Positions 37,440 to 50,344 of a stretch of 64,000 bases of DNA are shown in pieces. The position numbers and the translations under genes were made by a program. Source of the DNA: Narcine bancroftii (taxonomy: Eukaryota); NCBI RefSeq assembly GCF_036971445.1, contig NC_091473.1, forward strand, positions 216,256,001 through 216,320,000. Reading direction: 5' to 3'. The notes below the pieces were generated by a model. It was not told the origin of the DNA, searched no databases, and saw nothing but the letters and a program-made list of their open reading frames with translations. Every line of letters begins with the position of its first letter. Position 1 is the first letter of the stretch.

Positions 37440-40030
37440 GTACAAGGAAGGCAGGTGGTGCAGGTTCCCCAGTGGGTAACAAGTTAACAGCTTTGGATAC
37501 CGATGTGGGGGAGGGGGTGGAGGAGGAGGGGGGAAATGACCCATCAGATATCGTGCCAGCAACTAAGTTATCGGGGTCACAACGGGCTCCAAGGCTCACC
37601 AGGGAATGATGGTTAGATTGAGCGATGGTTAGAGAGGCGACTCCATGGTCAGGCACAGATTTTTTATGGCTACATATTCCAGGACAGTGTGTGGCCTCCC
37701 TGGTGCCAGGGTCCAGGATGTCTCTTGAGTAGGAACTGACATTCTGAGAGGGGAAGGCGAGCAGCTGGATGTCACGGTCCATATTGGGATCAATGACATG
37801 GGTAGGAGGGGGTACGTGGTCCTGCAGAATGAGTTCAGGTCTCTGGGATTGGAACCTCAGGATAATCTGTGCCATGTGCTAGTGGGGCTAGGAACAGGAA
37901 GATGGTGCAGGAGGGAGGGATTCCTATATTTGGATCATTGGACAGGTGGCACCTGTACAAGAGTAGCTGGATGGAGACAATATCGTCACGGGGAGATTCA
38001 CTCAAGCTTGTGGAGATGGTGGGCCCACAAGTGGAGGGGATGAGTCACAGCTGCTTATTTTAATGCAAGGAGTATTGTGGGGAGGGCAATGAGCCTGGAT
38101 TGGTGCTTGGAATCATGATGGGGCCGTTGCAGAGATGATGCAGGATGTTCCTGGGTCTTGCTGTTGGAGATGGGATGGAGAAGGAGGTGGAGGCATAGCA
38201 TTGCTAATCAGGGAGAATTCACAGCTGCACTCAGAGAGGACCAAATAATGGGAGGGGCAGAGCAGGGGGAGGTCAGAAATAAGAAAGGCCATCGATCTGA
38301 GAGGGCTACACTGCAGGATCAGATCTCTGGACAGATTATAAAAAGTTGCAATAGGGTTGTCGCAGTGGGAGATTTTAATTTCCCCTAACATTGACCAGGA
38401 TGTCCTTGATGCCAGTGGCTTCGATGGGGCAGAATTTGTTGTGCATCCAGAAGAGTTTCTTGAAGCAGTAAAATAGATAGCCCAAGTAGGAAGGAGGCTA
38501 TACGAGACCTTGTATTGGCAAATGAGCCTGGTCGGGTGATGGTAGTTTCAGCTGGGGTAGCATTCTGGTAATAGTGATCACAATTCCTTAAGTTTCGAGA
38601 TAAGGATGACCAAGGATAAGCTTGGCCTTGGAGAAAAGCACTGAATTGGGGATTGGCAAATTGTGACAATTAACAGGAGGTGGGAGTTGTGAGGAGGGGG
38701 TTTGTGGGGAGTAAACTGGAAGCAGCTGAAATCGGGCAAGCCCACAACTGACATGTGGGAGCAGCTTGAGGACCAACTGATGACAGGACAACATGTTCCA
38801 GTGCCAAGCAAGGACAGGGATGACAAGGGGTCAAAAGAGAAAAACACATAATTGGACCAGGGCCTCGAGGAATATCAGGATTGCAGGAAGGAGCTCAGCC
38901 AGGCCATTAGGAAGGGCCGAAAGAGACCATGAATTGTTCTTGTGGAGCAGGATGAAAGAGAACCCCATTTCATTTGCAAGTGTTAAACTTCCTTTAAAAG
39001 AAGAGGATGCTCAGGGGATGGGACCAGGCAAGGTCAACAGTGAGGGGTGAGAGGAAATGAGTGAGGTACTTTGCATCAATGTTGACTAAGGAAAATGAGA
39101 TGGATGATGATAAGGAGCATCATGTGGAGAATACTCGTATTGGGGCATTTTGAGGTCAAGGCTCACCAGGGAATGAAAAGCATCAAGTTGGGCAATTCCC
39201 CTGAACCTGAGGGATACATCTCCATTTATGGCAAGTGAGATTGCTGGGGCCTTGACAAACGTCTTTGTATCCTCCCTCATGACTGGAAAGGCCACAGAGG
39301 ACTGGAGAGTAGCCAATATACTTTTGTTCAAGAAGGGGAAATGGATAATCCAGAAAACCATAGAGCAGCAAGCCTCATATCAGTGGTCGGGAAAGGATAG
39401 GATTCACACACACCTGCAAAGTCATGGTCAGGTTGGGGACATTCAGCATGACTTGGCGAGGAGGTGACAAAGATGAGGGCAGGGCTTTAATGGGATGTTT
39501 GACAAGGCCCTTCATGGGAGGAATCAATGTTGGAAGCTTCTAGATTAACCCACTCAATAATGAGCTTTGGCTTGAAATGTCAGCCACTTTCCTCCCACCG
39601 ATGCTGCTAGACCCACTGAGACACGTGGGCAGACTCTGATCAGCTCCAAGTTCCAGCCTTTGTCGTGTCCTGTGTTTACCAGGATGGTTTAGGGGCGACA
39701 GGTCGTGGGACAACCTTGGGTTGGAATGTAGGGGGCTGAGAGGAGGTTTCATGAAAGGGTGGTCCATCAGAATCTTTTCCCCAGGCTAAAAACACCATAT
39801 AGAAGAGGATACGAATTTATGGTTTGGGGGGTGTGGTGGGGAGTTTAAGCAAGATAAGATGAGCAAATAAATAATTCCCGGGAACGGGTTGCCAGAGATA
39901 GTGGGGGCAGCAGATGCAGCATTTGAGGTTTCTAGATGGACACCTGAACATGAAGGAGATGGAGTGATATCTGTGAGGTGCAAGCAGTGGTTGGCATAGA
40001 CAGGTGGGGCAAAGGGGCTGTTCTTCTGTT
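37440..40030 (+). mobile_element. Highly degenerate CR1 (ORF1 to 3' end)
   Basis: CLPGARVQD-like, HIGINDMG, VVAVGDFNFP and EIAGALT...EDWRVAN remnants. Confidence 0.7.
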
Positions 40031-42612
40031 CAGTGTGCCTCCAAGTGGGTATTCCACAAAATTGGAGTGTATCGGGGTGGGGGGGGGGGGTGGGGGGGGG
40101 GGGGTGGAGGAGGAGGAGCTAGCCAGTATAGGTCACAGATAATCCAGTCGGAATACTGTTAATGTTTTAAAATCGGAGGGCAGTGACCACTAGCCTCTGC
40201 AGGGATCCAGCAATTTAATGTCTATTTCATGGTTTGGGTGAAGAGATGGTGTTGTATATCCAAACTTGGTGATGGTAATAAAGTGAGTGGCAGTGGGGAG
40301 CATATGAAGTGAGAGGTTAAATGGGAGAAGTGGCATGGTCTGTATAGAGTGGAATGTCAAATAACGCAAAGTCATTCACCCAGCAAACAATGAAATGGCG
40401 GAGTTCGCTATGGAATGTGAAAGTTGGGAGGGCCTCGGGACATACAGGGATGGGAGTGTTGGGTGGAAAGTATTGGGAGGGTCCTGGGATATCCCAGGAT
40501 GGGATAGATGGCATTGGGAGGGTCCCGGCTTCCTGGTCACCAATCACTGGATGCTACCCTGCAGGGACAGCAGTGTCCAGAGGGAGACAGTCTGCTGGCC
40601 TTTATTTGTGAGAGGAGACACCACAAATATTGTGGACAGGTCTGATCTCCCCACTTGAGGGAGGATCTACCTGTAGGAGAGGGAGTGCAGTGAAGGTTCA
40701 CCAGATCGATTCCTGGGATGACAGGGTGTACCATGAGGAGAGGTGAAGCAGACTGGGACTGTCCTCTCTGGTGTTCAGAACGAGGTGATCCCACTTGCAG
40801 CACCCGGGTAGCCCTCCTGGGACCCGGGTGAGATGACGGGGTTGTGTGTCCCTCCATCTTTCAAATAGCAGACTAGCCTACCTTTAAAATTACCAACCCG
40901 TCAACTTAAGAGGGATTTCGGCCCTGCAATGACTTGGTGATGCGTCACATCGTCACAGGGGGTTCCCTGTGTCCCTTTCTGTTTAAAGTAACCGAGTAAC
41001 TGGGTGAGCCATTTCCCCTTTCAAATAGGCAGAGGGTAAGTTTTACTGTTCCCGGACTACCTCCGAGGTAGGTCTGGGATCCAGGTGGATTTTGACCCGG
41101 CTTCCCCAGTTCGGCCCTTTCAAATAGCCCTGCACCAGGGTCTTAAACCTAGTAAGTTCCTCGGTTATCCCCATTATAACAAGGCGATTTGAAACGGAGG
41201 CGTCCAAACTCACGGTGGGTCAGATGTGGTGATGGGGATTTCCACAGTGGAAATCACAGTCTCAGGGTGAGGCAGAGATGGGGAGAAATTACTTCCTTCC
41301 GAGGGGATGAATTCTCTAGTCCTTTCCCTCCATCCCATCCCAGTTCCTTCCGTCCCATCCTCCCCCTCGAATGCTCCCTCTGTCTCCAACATTTTTTCCC
41401 TCCCTTCGCCCCAAAAGCTCACCGCCTGCCCCGAACACTCCCTCCCTCTGCCACCAATGAACCTCTCCGGGGGACTCCACCCAGCCCATGGCCTCTCCCA
41501 CCAAGGGAGGGCGAGCAGCAGACCTCGGGGGAACCCCAGCACCTGCAGCTTCCCTCTGACTCCCGCACCAGTCCCGCTTCTTCAATGGGTCCAAATCCTG
41601 GAAATCCATCTCAACAGCACCATGGGCCCCTCAGGAGAGGGATTGGTCACCCCCCACCATTCCCATCAGTGACGCCCAGATCAAAAGGAGCGAAGGAATA
41701 AACCCTCTGCAGATCTGTCACAGAAAGGTTTTTGTTTAACGTATTATTTAAAGAATGACATCCTTGGACACAAATAATTGACAAGCAATGGGGAAGCTGA
41801 GCTGGTAATGTCCAAAGATCCGGCATCGTGGAATTGAGGAATATGTCAATTCATGGATTCCCGGGATAGCAAGAAAACCTCCATCTCAGCATGAAAATGA
41901 GAGTTCCTCCAGCAGCGGCTGGGGGTCCCGTGGGGAGTGTCCCCTCCTCACCCCACCCCCCTCCACCAGCTTGGGATCCTGGGGTAGTTTCCCCTCTCAC
42001 ACCCACGCCGGGTTGGAGGATGAGGAACAAACTCCATCTGCCTGGGTGAGTGCAGTACCAACAATTCTACACAATCCCCGTCCACCACCAAAATCCACCT
42101 TCCTTCCATTCCCTACGTTCACCCTTCAACTCTCCACCCCTTCAACTCCCCCCAACTCTCCTCCCCTACTCCCCCTCAGCGCTCCCCCCTCAGCTCTCCC
42201 CTCCTCAGCTCTCTCCCCTCAATACTCCCCCTCAACCTGCTCCAACTCCCCCTCCCCCAACTACTCCGTCAGCTCCTCCTCCCCCTAGCTCCCCTTTCAG
42301 CTCTCCCCCCCTCGGCTCTCCCACCCCAGCTCCCCCCTCAGCTCTCCCCCCCACCTCTCCCCCCTCAGCTCATTCCCCCTCCAACCCCACCCTCCCTCAA
42401 ACCCTCCTGCACCAATGTACAGTGACTGCAGGGGCTGGTGGTCTTGGGGAGGGGACAGAAATCACAATGAGTGAGATGATGTGCTCCTCTTCCCTATCTC
42501 GAGAGGGATGAGAATGATGAGTTGTGGTCATGATGGCTGGGGGCAGGAGTAAAGGTTGGGTTAGGGTTGCGCTGAGCCAGGCCATGTCCTGCAGCATTGA
42601 GATAAGAGCTGT

Positions 42613-42678
42613 TCACAATCTGCATTGGTGCTGAACTGTACTGGAGATTGTTTCGATCCTCTCTTGATTTCTATTCTC
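42613..42678 (-). CDS. CD2/SLAM-family receptor, putative last coding exon
   Basis: atctttattcacag|GAG AAT...; ENRNQERIETISSTVQHQCRL*; contains ITSM-like TISSTV. Confidence 0.55.
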   Translation of the reverse strand, partial: ENRNQERIETISSTVQHQCRL

Positions 42679-42809
42679 CTGTGAATAAAGATATGGACCC
42701 TGTCAACAGAATGTGAGATCCACCCACCCCCTCCCCCCAACCTTCAGCCTCACCACTTCAACAAGAGCCACTTCCAGCCCTGACCAGGAGCCCCTCAAAC
42801 CCATCTTTG

Positions 42810-43495
42810 TCTCTGTAACCCCCTCCAATCCCTTTTCCACCTCAAACCCTCTCCTATGTTTACACCCCTACTATCTCTAATTTCTTCCATTCCCTATATC
42901 CCTCCCTATCTCTGTAACCCTCTCCAGCCCGTATACCACTCTCTATCTTTGCTATCCTCTCTGGTCTCCTACACACTTCCTATTTCTGTAACCCCAGTCC
43001 ATCCTCCCCATTTAGGTAACCCCTTTCGTCTCTACCCTCCCCATCTCTGTAACCCCCTCTGAATCCTACACCCCTCCATTTCTGTTACTCCCCAATCCCG
43101 GACCCTATATCCCTCATCTCTGTAATGCCCACTCTGGTCTGTACACACCTCCCAATCTTTGTAAACCCTTCTGGCCTCTACATCCCTCCCTATCTCTGTA
43201 ACCCCATCTGACCTCTACATCCCTCCCAGTTTTGTAACTTCTCCAATTCATAAACCTCTCCCCATCTCTGTAACCAACCATTCCCCCCAATTCTGGTTTC
43301 TACACCCCTCCTCATCTCTGATATTCCCACTCTAGTCTATACATCCCTCCCTTTCTATTACCCCCTCTGGTCCCCTACAGCCCTCCCCATCTCCATAATC
43401 CCCTCTGGTCTTTACAGCCCTCCCCATCTCCATAATCCCCTCTAGTCAGTACTCCCCTCTCCATCTTGGTAACTCCCTCTGGTCCTCGCATCTCT
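42810..43495. repeat. Degenerate ~36-bp pyrimidine-rich minisatellite
   Basis: CCCTCCCCATCTCTGTAACCCCCTCTGG..CTACA units, resembling 18935-19600. Confidence 0.8.
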
Positions 43496-43538
43496 GTCTC
43501 CATTAGCCCGAAGGATCAGGGTTACACCTGACACTCAC

Positions 43539-43586
43539 AGTCATTGGATGTGCCCGCTCTGTGACCTTCGCCCCCTTGTCTCCTTT
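43539..43586 (-). CDS. CD2/SLAM-family receptor, putative 48-bp cytoplasmic exon
   Basis: ttctctttgcag|AAAGGAGAC...ATGACT|GTGAGT; reads KGDKGAKVTERAHPMT in phase 0. Confidence 0.6.
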
Positions 43587-44114
43587 CTGCAAAGAGAATT
43601 GTCCAAAGAAGATCAGGGATTATGTCTCAAGGACCTGACCCACAGTGAACAGATCTCTGTCCAGGTGTGTGAGTCACTTCTGACCCAAAACCCGGAATCC
43701 AAAACACCATCCTTGGGAATGCATCTAACTGGAGAAGGAGAGGTCATTCAGCCCCTCATTATCATTCAGCCCCTCGTTCCTGTTCCTCAATTAGCAAGAC
43801 CACAACTCGCCTTTAACGTAAAACCCACTCCCTGCACTAACCGCACAATATCCCAGAGCACAATAACCTCAGTGACGGCCTCCAGGGAGATGGAATTCCA
43901 AACATCAGCGCCTTCTGGGCAGCAAATCTCTCTCTGACTTCCATGAATGGTTGACCCCTCATTCTGTCATTGGGACCCCAGGCCACAGACCACCCACCCC
44001 CCCCCCCCCCCTTTCACTGAGATCATCTCTTTCTTCTCAACTCCAGGCAGGACAGTCCCAGTCCGCTTCACCTCTCCTCATGGGACGTAGTACACAGTGG
44101 GGACACATGGTTCT

Positions 44115-44930
44115 GGTTCAAAGTTCAGATTTATTGTCAGAGTACACATATGACATCACATTAGAATCCTGAGATTCTTTTTCCTGCGGGCCGGGCAGAA
44201 TTTCTACTCATTAGTAGTGCAAAAAACTGTTTAAAATATGTATGCAAAAGTGAGAAATGTAAATAAAGAAAAAATGTAAACAAACCAACTGTGCAAATAC
44301 AGAAAAATATAAATATTCAGAAATAAATAATGTGCAAAGTAAATGAGTCCCTGATTGAATTTGTTGTTGAGGTGTCTGATGGTGGAGGGGGAGCAGCTGT
44401 TCCTGAACCTGGTGATGTGAGTCCTGTGGCACCGATACCTCTTTCCTGATGGTAGCAGTGTATGGGCTGGATGGTGTGGATCCTTGAAGATTGTTGCTAC
44501 TCTCTGAGGGCAATGTTCCATGTACATTTTCTTGATGGTGGGGAGAGTTATGCCTGTGGTGTACTGGGCTGTGGCTGTGTCCACTACCTTTTGCTGGGCT
44601 TTCCGCTCAGAGGTATTGGTGCTCCCATACCAGGCAGTGATGCAGCAGGTCAGTGCATTTTCTGTTGAAGTTTGCAAAGGTTTTTGATGTCATACCAAAC
44701 CCCAGCAAACTCCTGAGGAAAAAGAGTGTGTTGCATTCAGGAAAGATCCTCTGGGATGTGACTCCCAATAAATTTAAATGGCTCACCCTGCACCTCTGAT
44801 TTCCCCCATTGATCACTGGATTGTACACCTCTAGGTTTTCCCTCCTAAAGTCCACAATCAGTTCCTTGGTTTTGGTGACATTGACTGTAAGGATGTTGTT
44901 AGTGCATCATACAGCCAGTTCTCCATATCC
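44115..44930 (-). mobile_element. Rex1/Babar- or L2-type LINE 3' fragment
   Basis: LTCCITAWYGSTNTSERKAQQKVV...IFKDPHHPAHTLLPSGKRYR...TRFRNS. Confidence 0.8.
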
Positions 44931-45129
44931 CTGGATCAGTCCACAGTGAGAGGTGTGTGTGGGATCTCCCCTCCCCTGAGGGTTGAATGCGGGAACTCCC
45001 CACCCCCAAGGGTGGAGTATGGCAACTCCCCTCCCCTGAGGGGGGAGTGCATGAGGCTGGAGGGGATGCAGGTCAGGGGTTTTCGTCAGGAGAGATGCAT
45101 GTAGTTGGGGAAGAAGGGGACAATCTTAC

Positions 45130-45272
45130 CTGAAAGCTTGACGCTCCTAAATCTTGTGCAGAATTTATAAATGAAAACCACGTGACGCTGACCACCAACG
45201 CCATCAGGGGGAACATTACCAGGCTCAGGACCACAAAAACCGAGGAGGGTGGAGGACGGGCAACATCAACAG
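45130..45272 (-). CDS. CD2/SLAM-family receptor, transmembrane exon
   Basis: catcag|CT...; (A)VDVARPPPSSVFVVLSLVMFPLMALVVSVTWFSFI...FQ; strong donor CAG|GTAAGA. An alternative in-frame acceptor lies at 45356. Confidence 0.7.
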
Positions 45273-46259
45273 CTGATGAGTTCCAGGACAGTGTTAACAC
45301 TGGCTGTTCACTTCTTGTGGTCAAACCCCAGGATGCAGCAACTGCAACTATCCAGTCTGGAGGGAGTGTGTGACAGGATGGTTTAGAGGGAGCTTCCCGC
45401 GGGTCTGATCCGTGCCCCAGGAGTGTGTGATTGCGACCATCCTCAGCCAACTCATTCCTTGCCTTAAATCTTCTCTCTCTGGTTCTGGACACCTTCGATG
45501 GGGTAAGGATTCCCTCTACTCACCATCATACCCATGCCCCTAATAATGTTGTGTATCTCAATAACATCCTCCTTGGCTCCAAAGAAAACAAAGGTAGCCC
45601 ATCCTGTCTCTCCTCAGATTAGAAACGCTCCAAGGCAGAATACATCCTGGTGACCCCCTCTGCTTCCATTTCAGTGCAGTCTCATCCCCTTCCTCTCGTC
45701 TGGAGCCCATGAGTGTGTACAGGTATAACTCAACCAGGGCTTTTTGAAGCTAAATACTCTCTGTTGTTAAGTGAGAGGAGTTTAGAGTCAGCAATAAACA
45801 CACTGGAGACTGCGGATGTTGGAATTTGATGCCAAATACAATCAGCTGGAGGAACTCAGCAGGTCAAGTAGCATCTGTGGGAGAAACAGAATGGTTGACG
45901 TTTTGGACTGGAACCCTTTAGAGCTTTATTCCTTGGATGAGGGGTGATCTCATGGAGGTGTATAAAATTAGGAGAGGAACAGATCAGGTGAGAGCAGAGC
46001 CATTTGGCCAGAGCAGGTGTATCAGTGACCAGAGGACATGTGTTTAAGGTGAGGTGGGGAGAGATTTAACAGGAATCTGAGGGGTAACTTTTATTTTACA
46101 CAGAGAGTGGTGGGTGCATGGAGGAGGTGGTTGAGGCAGGGGTGCTATTGTAATGTGTATATGGATAGGATGGGCTTAGAGTGATATGGGACAAACATTG
46201 TTGGCAATTTGGGCTGAGGAGCCTGTATCCACGCTAAGAGACTCAAAGACGGGTGATGT

Positions 46260-48320
46260 TGAGGTTAGTTTAAACTAGACAGGGTAGGACAGGGGCTCCG
46301 TGTTGGACTGGTGGACCAGAGATAGGGGAACCATGACACAGAGGCAGAGAATTGGCAGATGCCAGACAAAGGGAAAGGGGGGAGAGGTAAGAAATGTCAA
46401 GGGGTCAGATGGGGAAGGATGCCACACAGGGAATGGAGGGGGATGACAGCCAGAGGCTGCCAGTGCTGGGATCTGAGAAGGATGAGAATGGTAAGGAAAA
46501 AGATGACCAGATGGAACTGAAGCAGGTGGGAGAGAGTGAGGAGATGGGGTGAAGGGCAAGGCACCGCCCTGGCACCTCATGGGGACATTCCAGGCACCTC
46601 CTTGTCACGATTTGTGGTCCGCTCCAGCACCTAAAATATTAGCACTGCACCCCTGGTGAAGGGGATGGAACCAAAGAGGAAAGTGGATGAAAAGAAGTGG
46701 GGGCTGGGTGAGAAAGGGGACAATAATGTGGGAGGAAAACAGGAAGAGGATAAGGGGTACAGAAGAAGAGAGAGAGAGAGGACTCGGCCTGAAATGAGGC
46801 CATTCAATGTTCATCCCACTGGGCTGTAGACTGTCCAGGGGAAATATGTTGTTGTCCCTCTAGTTGACATTGGCCCTCACTCTGGCAGTGGAGAAGGCCC
46901 AGGACAGATAGATTGGGGTGGGAATGGAAAGTGGAGTTGAAATAGCAGCAAACAAGACCTTGGGGTGGACATGTGGACAGAGAGTGGATGCCCTGTGAAA
47001 CTGTCCCCAAGTCTGTGTTTGATTTCATTGATGGGGAGGAGGCTACACCGGGAAGACCCAGTTCAGTAGATGAGGTTAGAGGAGATACATGTGAATCTCC
47101 TCCTCACGTGGAAGGGCTGTTTATGTCTCTGGGTAGTGGTGAGGGAGGCAGTGCAGGAACAAGCATGGCACCTCCTGAAGATGCAGGGGAAAGAACCAGG
47201 GGTCATGGGGAGGTGGGTGGGGATGGATGAGCTGACAAGACAGTCACAGAGAGAGCAATCCAGCAGAAGGCAGAAAGGGGTGGGGAGGGGGTAGATGTGT
47301 CTGGAAGGATGAGTCTCGGGTTCAGCAGGCGAAAATGATGGAGGATGATGTGCTGGATGAAGAGGCTAGTGGGGTGAAAGATGAGAACAAGAGGAGCCCT
47401 GTTCTGTTTGTAGGGAGGGGATGGGAGCAGATCTCCATGAGACAGAGGAAATGCGAGAGATGGTCTGTTGACCGCAGGAAGTCCTGTTGGTTAAAAAAGG
47501 AGGACATTTCAGATGTCCTGGAATGGAAGGCCTCATCTTGAGAGCAGATGCGGCAGAGAAACTGGAAGAAGGGGTTGGCATCCTTCTTGAAGACTGGGTG
47601 AGAGGAGGTGTAGTCTGGGCGGCCATAGAGTCAGTGGGTTTGCAGTAAATGTCAGTCAATAAGCTTGTCTCCTGCAAAGGAGAAAAAGGGGAGAGAAAGG
47701 GCAGAAATGGTACGAATGGGGGGGGAGGTTCACAGCAAAGTTGATGAAATTGATGAGTTTGCCTTGGGTGTAGCAATCAGCCTCAACGCAGTCATCGATG
47801 TGACAGAGAAAGAGTCGAGAGTGGTGCTGGGGGTTGTTCAGATCAAAGATTGTCCATGTAAGACAACAAAAAGGGAGGCATCGCTGGAACCAAGTGAGTG
47901 TTGCATCATAAATTTGAAATGAATGAGAGGCATCAAAAGAAGGGGTGAGAATGAGTTTTATCGGAGGGAAATTGGTCAGGGCGTGGCACCAGAAAGCAGC
48001 GGAGGGCTTCTGTTCTTTGGGGGAAGGGTTGTTGGTGGAGACGAACTGGACATCTATGGTGAAGATGGGATGGGTGGGGATCAGAGAATCTGGAGTTGTC
48101 CAAGTGGTGAAGGATGTGGAAAGCATCTTGGATGGAAGAAGGAAGGGACTGGACAAGGAGGAGTGAGGATGGAGTCAAGATGTGTGGTGGAGCCAGAGCA
48201 GGCGGAAACAATGGGGCTGTCGTGGAAGTGCTGGTTGTCGATCTTGGGTAAGAGATAGAAGCAGGAAGTGCAGGGCTGGGATGCCCATCATGTTGGAGGC
48301 TGAGGAGAGGCGATCTCCTG
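46260..48320 (-). mobile_element. Penelope-like element remnant (RT + GIY-YIG)
   Basis: IFTIDVQ, FLCHIDDCV, LINFINFA, TDIYCKPTDS and MSSFFNQ remnants. Confidence 0.75.
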
Positions 48321-49116
48321 ACTCAGCATGAGTCAGCCTGAGAAGGACCAGCATAGAGATAAAATGGGGAAACCTTGGTCGATGAAGGATATTGATGATT
48401 TGATCAAGGAAAAGAAGGAAATCTGTGTCAGGTGCTTGGTATTGGCATCAGCTGAGTCCTTTGGAGGATACAAATGCAAATAAAGAAATTAGGAGTCAAA
48501 ATGGGGCCATGAAATGACATGGGCAGTAGGATTAAAGTAAATCCTAAAACCTTTTATAAGTACATCAAAAGCAAGAAGGTGGCTAAGAAAAGAGTTAAGT
48601 CTTGTCAGGGACCAGAGGGATGATCTTGTGTGGAACCAAAGGTTCATTCATCAGCCAAGAGAAACATGGAGATGGGAGAGTTAGGGGAGGGGAATGGTGT
48701 AATCCTGGACCACACTGGGATAAGGAAGGAGGAAAAACTGGAAGCTTTGGAGGTGGATAAAGGTGGATAAATTCCTTAGGCCTTGACAGGGTCTATCTCA
48801 GGATGCTGAGGGAAGGAAGGGAGGGAGGATACTGCTGGGGCTTTGGTGAAAGATGTAGTGTCAATAGAGTGCAGAAGAGATTCCTGAGGCCTTCCTTGGA
48901 ATGGAGGGCTGTGGTAATATGGAGGGATTGAATGGACTGGGTTTATTCTCACTCGAACAAAGGAAGGCTGATTTTATGGAGGTTTATAAAATTCTGAGGG
49001 TCACAAATAGGACAACTTGTTAGAGTTTTTCTCCCTGGGTAAGGGAATCTAGACCCCATGGCACAGTGCTATCACAGTGCCAGTGAACCAGGTACGAATC
49101 CGTCACTGTCTGCAAG

Positions 49117-49870
49117 GGAAAACACAATGCTGGAGAAACTCAGCAGGTCAGACAGTGTACTTAATATAGCAAAGATACAGAGCCGAGGTTTCAGGCTTGA
49201 GGCCTTCAGCAAAATATGATCAAAATGTGGGCAGGCGCCCAAACGATGGTGGAGTGGGAGTGCAGTCCCATGGGCAGGAGGTTATAGGTGGAAAGGGGAG
49301 GGAGGGGCCATCAACAAACAAGGGGAGGGAGGGGCCATCAACAAACAAGGGGAGAGGGGGGATGGTTCTGTGAATGGAGAGAGAAGGGTTTGACAGTACA
49401 TGAGGCCATGGACAGACATGTCAGCATGGGAGTGAGGCGCAGAATTGAAATTGAAACCAAGGCCACCCGTAAATTGGAGGAGAAACACCTAATGATCTGA
49501 GTGGGCCCTCTCCAACTGGATGGTATTAACGTCGACTTCTCCAGTTTCTGCTAGACCACTCCCCGTCCTCCCTCTCTTCCCCATCCCTGGGTTCTTTCTT
49601 CCAGTTCTCCACCCCCCTTCCCTCAAGATTCACAGAGACGTCACCCCTCCTGCCAGTTGGACTGAGCTCCTTCCTCTGCCCTTCCCCCCACCATTTTGTT
49701 CAGGCACCTGCCTACATTTTGCTCATGACTTGATGAAGGGCTCAAGCCCGAAACATCGGTTATGTATCTTTATCTTTGCAACATAAAGGACACTGTTTGA
49801 CCTGCTGAGTTTCTCCGACATTGTGTTTTTACTTCAATCACTGTGTCTGCAGACTTTGGTGTTTTACTGC
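49117..49870. mobile_element. Penelope-like ends in inverted arrangement
   Basis: Minus-strand pLTR/3' piece at 49117-49452 joined to a plus-strand piece at 49453-49870; both carry the hammerhead-like motif. Confidence 0.75.
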
Positions 49871-50344
49871 TGCTTGTAAGGAGTTTGTACATTTACTCCA
49901 TGTTCGCGTGGGTTTCCTCCAGGTGCTCCAGTTTCCTTCCAAGTTCCAAAGGCATAGGTGGTTCGTAGGCTAATTGGCCACATGGGTGTATTTGGGCAGC
50001 ATGGGCTCATGGGCTGGGAAGGGCCTGTTCCCCTGGAGTGCCTCTAAATTAAATTAATAGAGGGCACAGACTTACAGTAAGAGGGGAGGCATTTAAAGAC
50101 GATTAAAAGGGTAGATTTTTTAGTCAGAGGGAGTGGGGATCTGGAATGAGGTGCCAGAGAAGGTGCTGGAGACAGACACAATGACAGTGTTGACCTTGGC
50201 AAGGTCAAATTTGGAGCATTGTCTGCAGTTTTAGTCACATAACGACAGGAAAGATATCAATAATATTGAAAGAGTGCAGAGAAGATTTACAAGGATGTTG
50301 CCGGAACTTAGTTGAGATTCAGGGAAAGGTTAAATAGGTTAGGA

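Noticed and set aside
40074-40117. Long G-runs / G-quadruplex
   Set aside because: G/C homopolymers are common throughout the window and length-unreliable; no functional context.
42684-42689. Plus-strand AATAAA as a DEDD poly(A) signal
   Set aside because: About 9 kb past the stop codon; better explained as the minus-strand acceptor tract (tctttattcacag).
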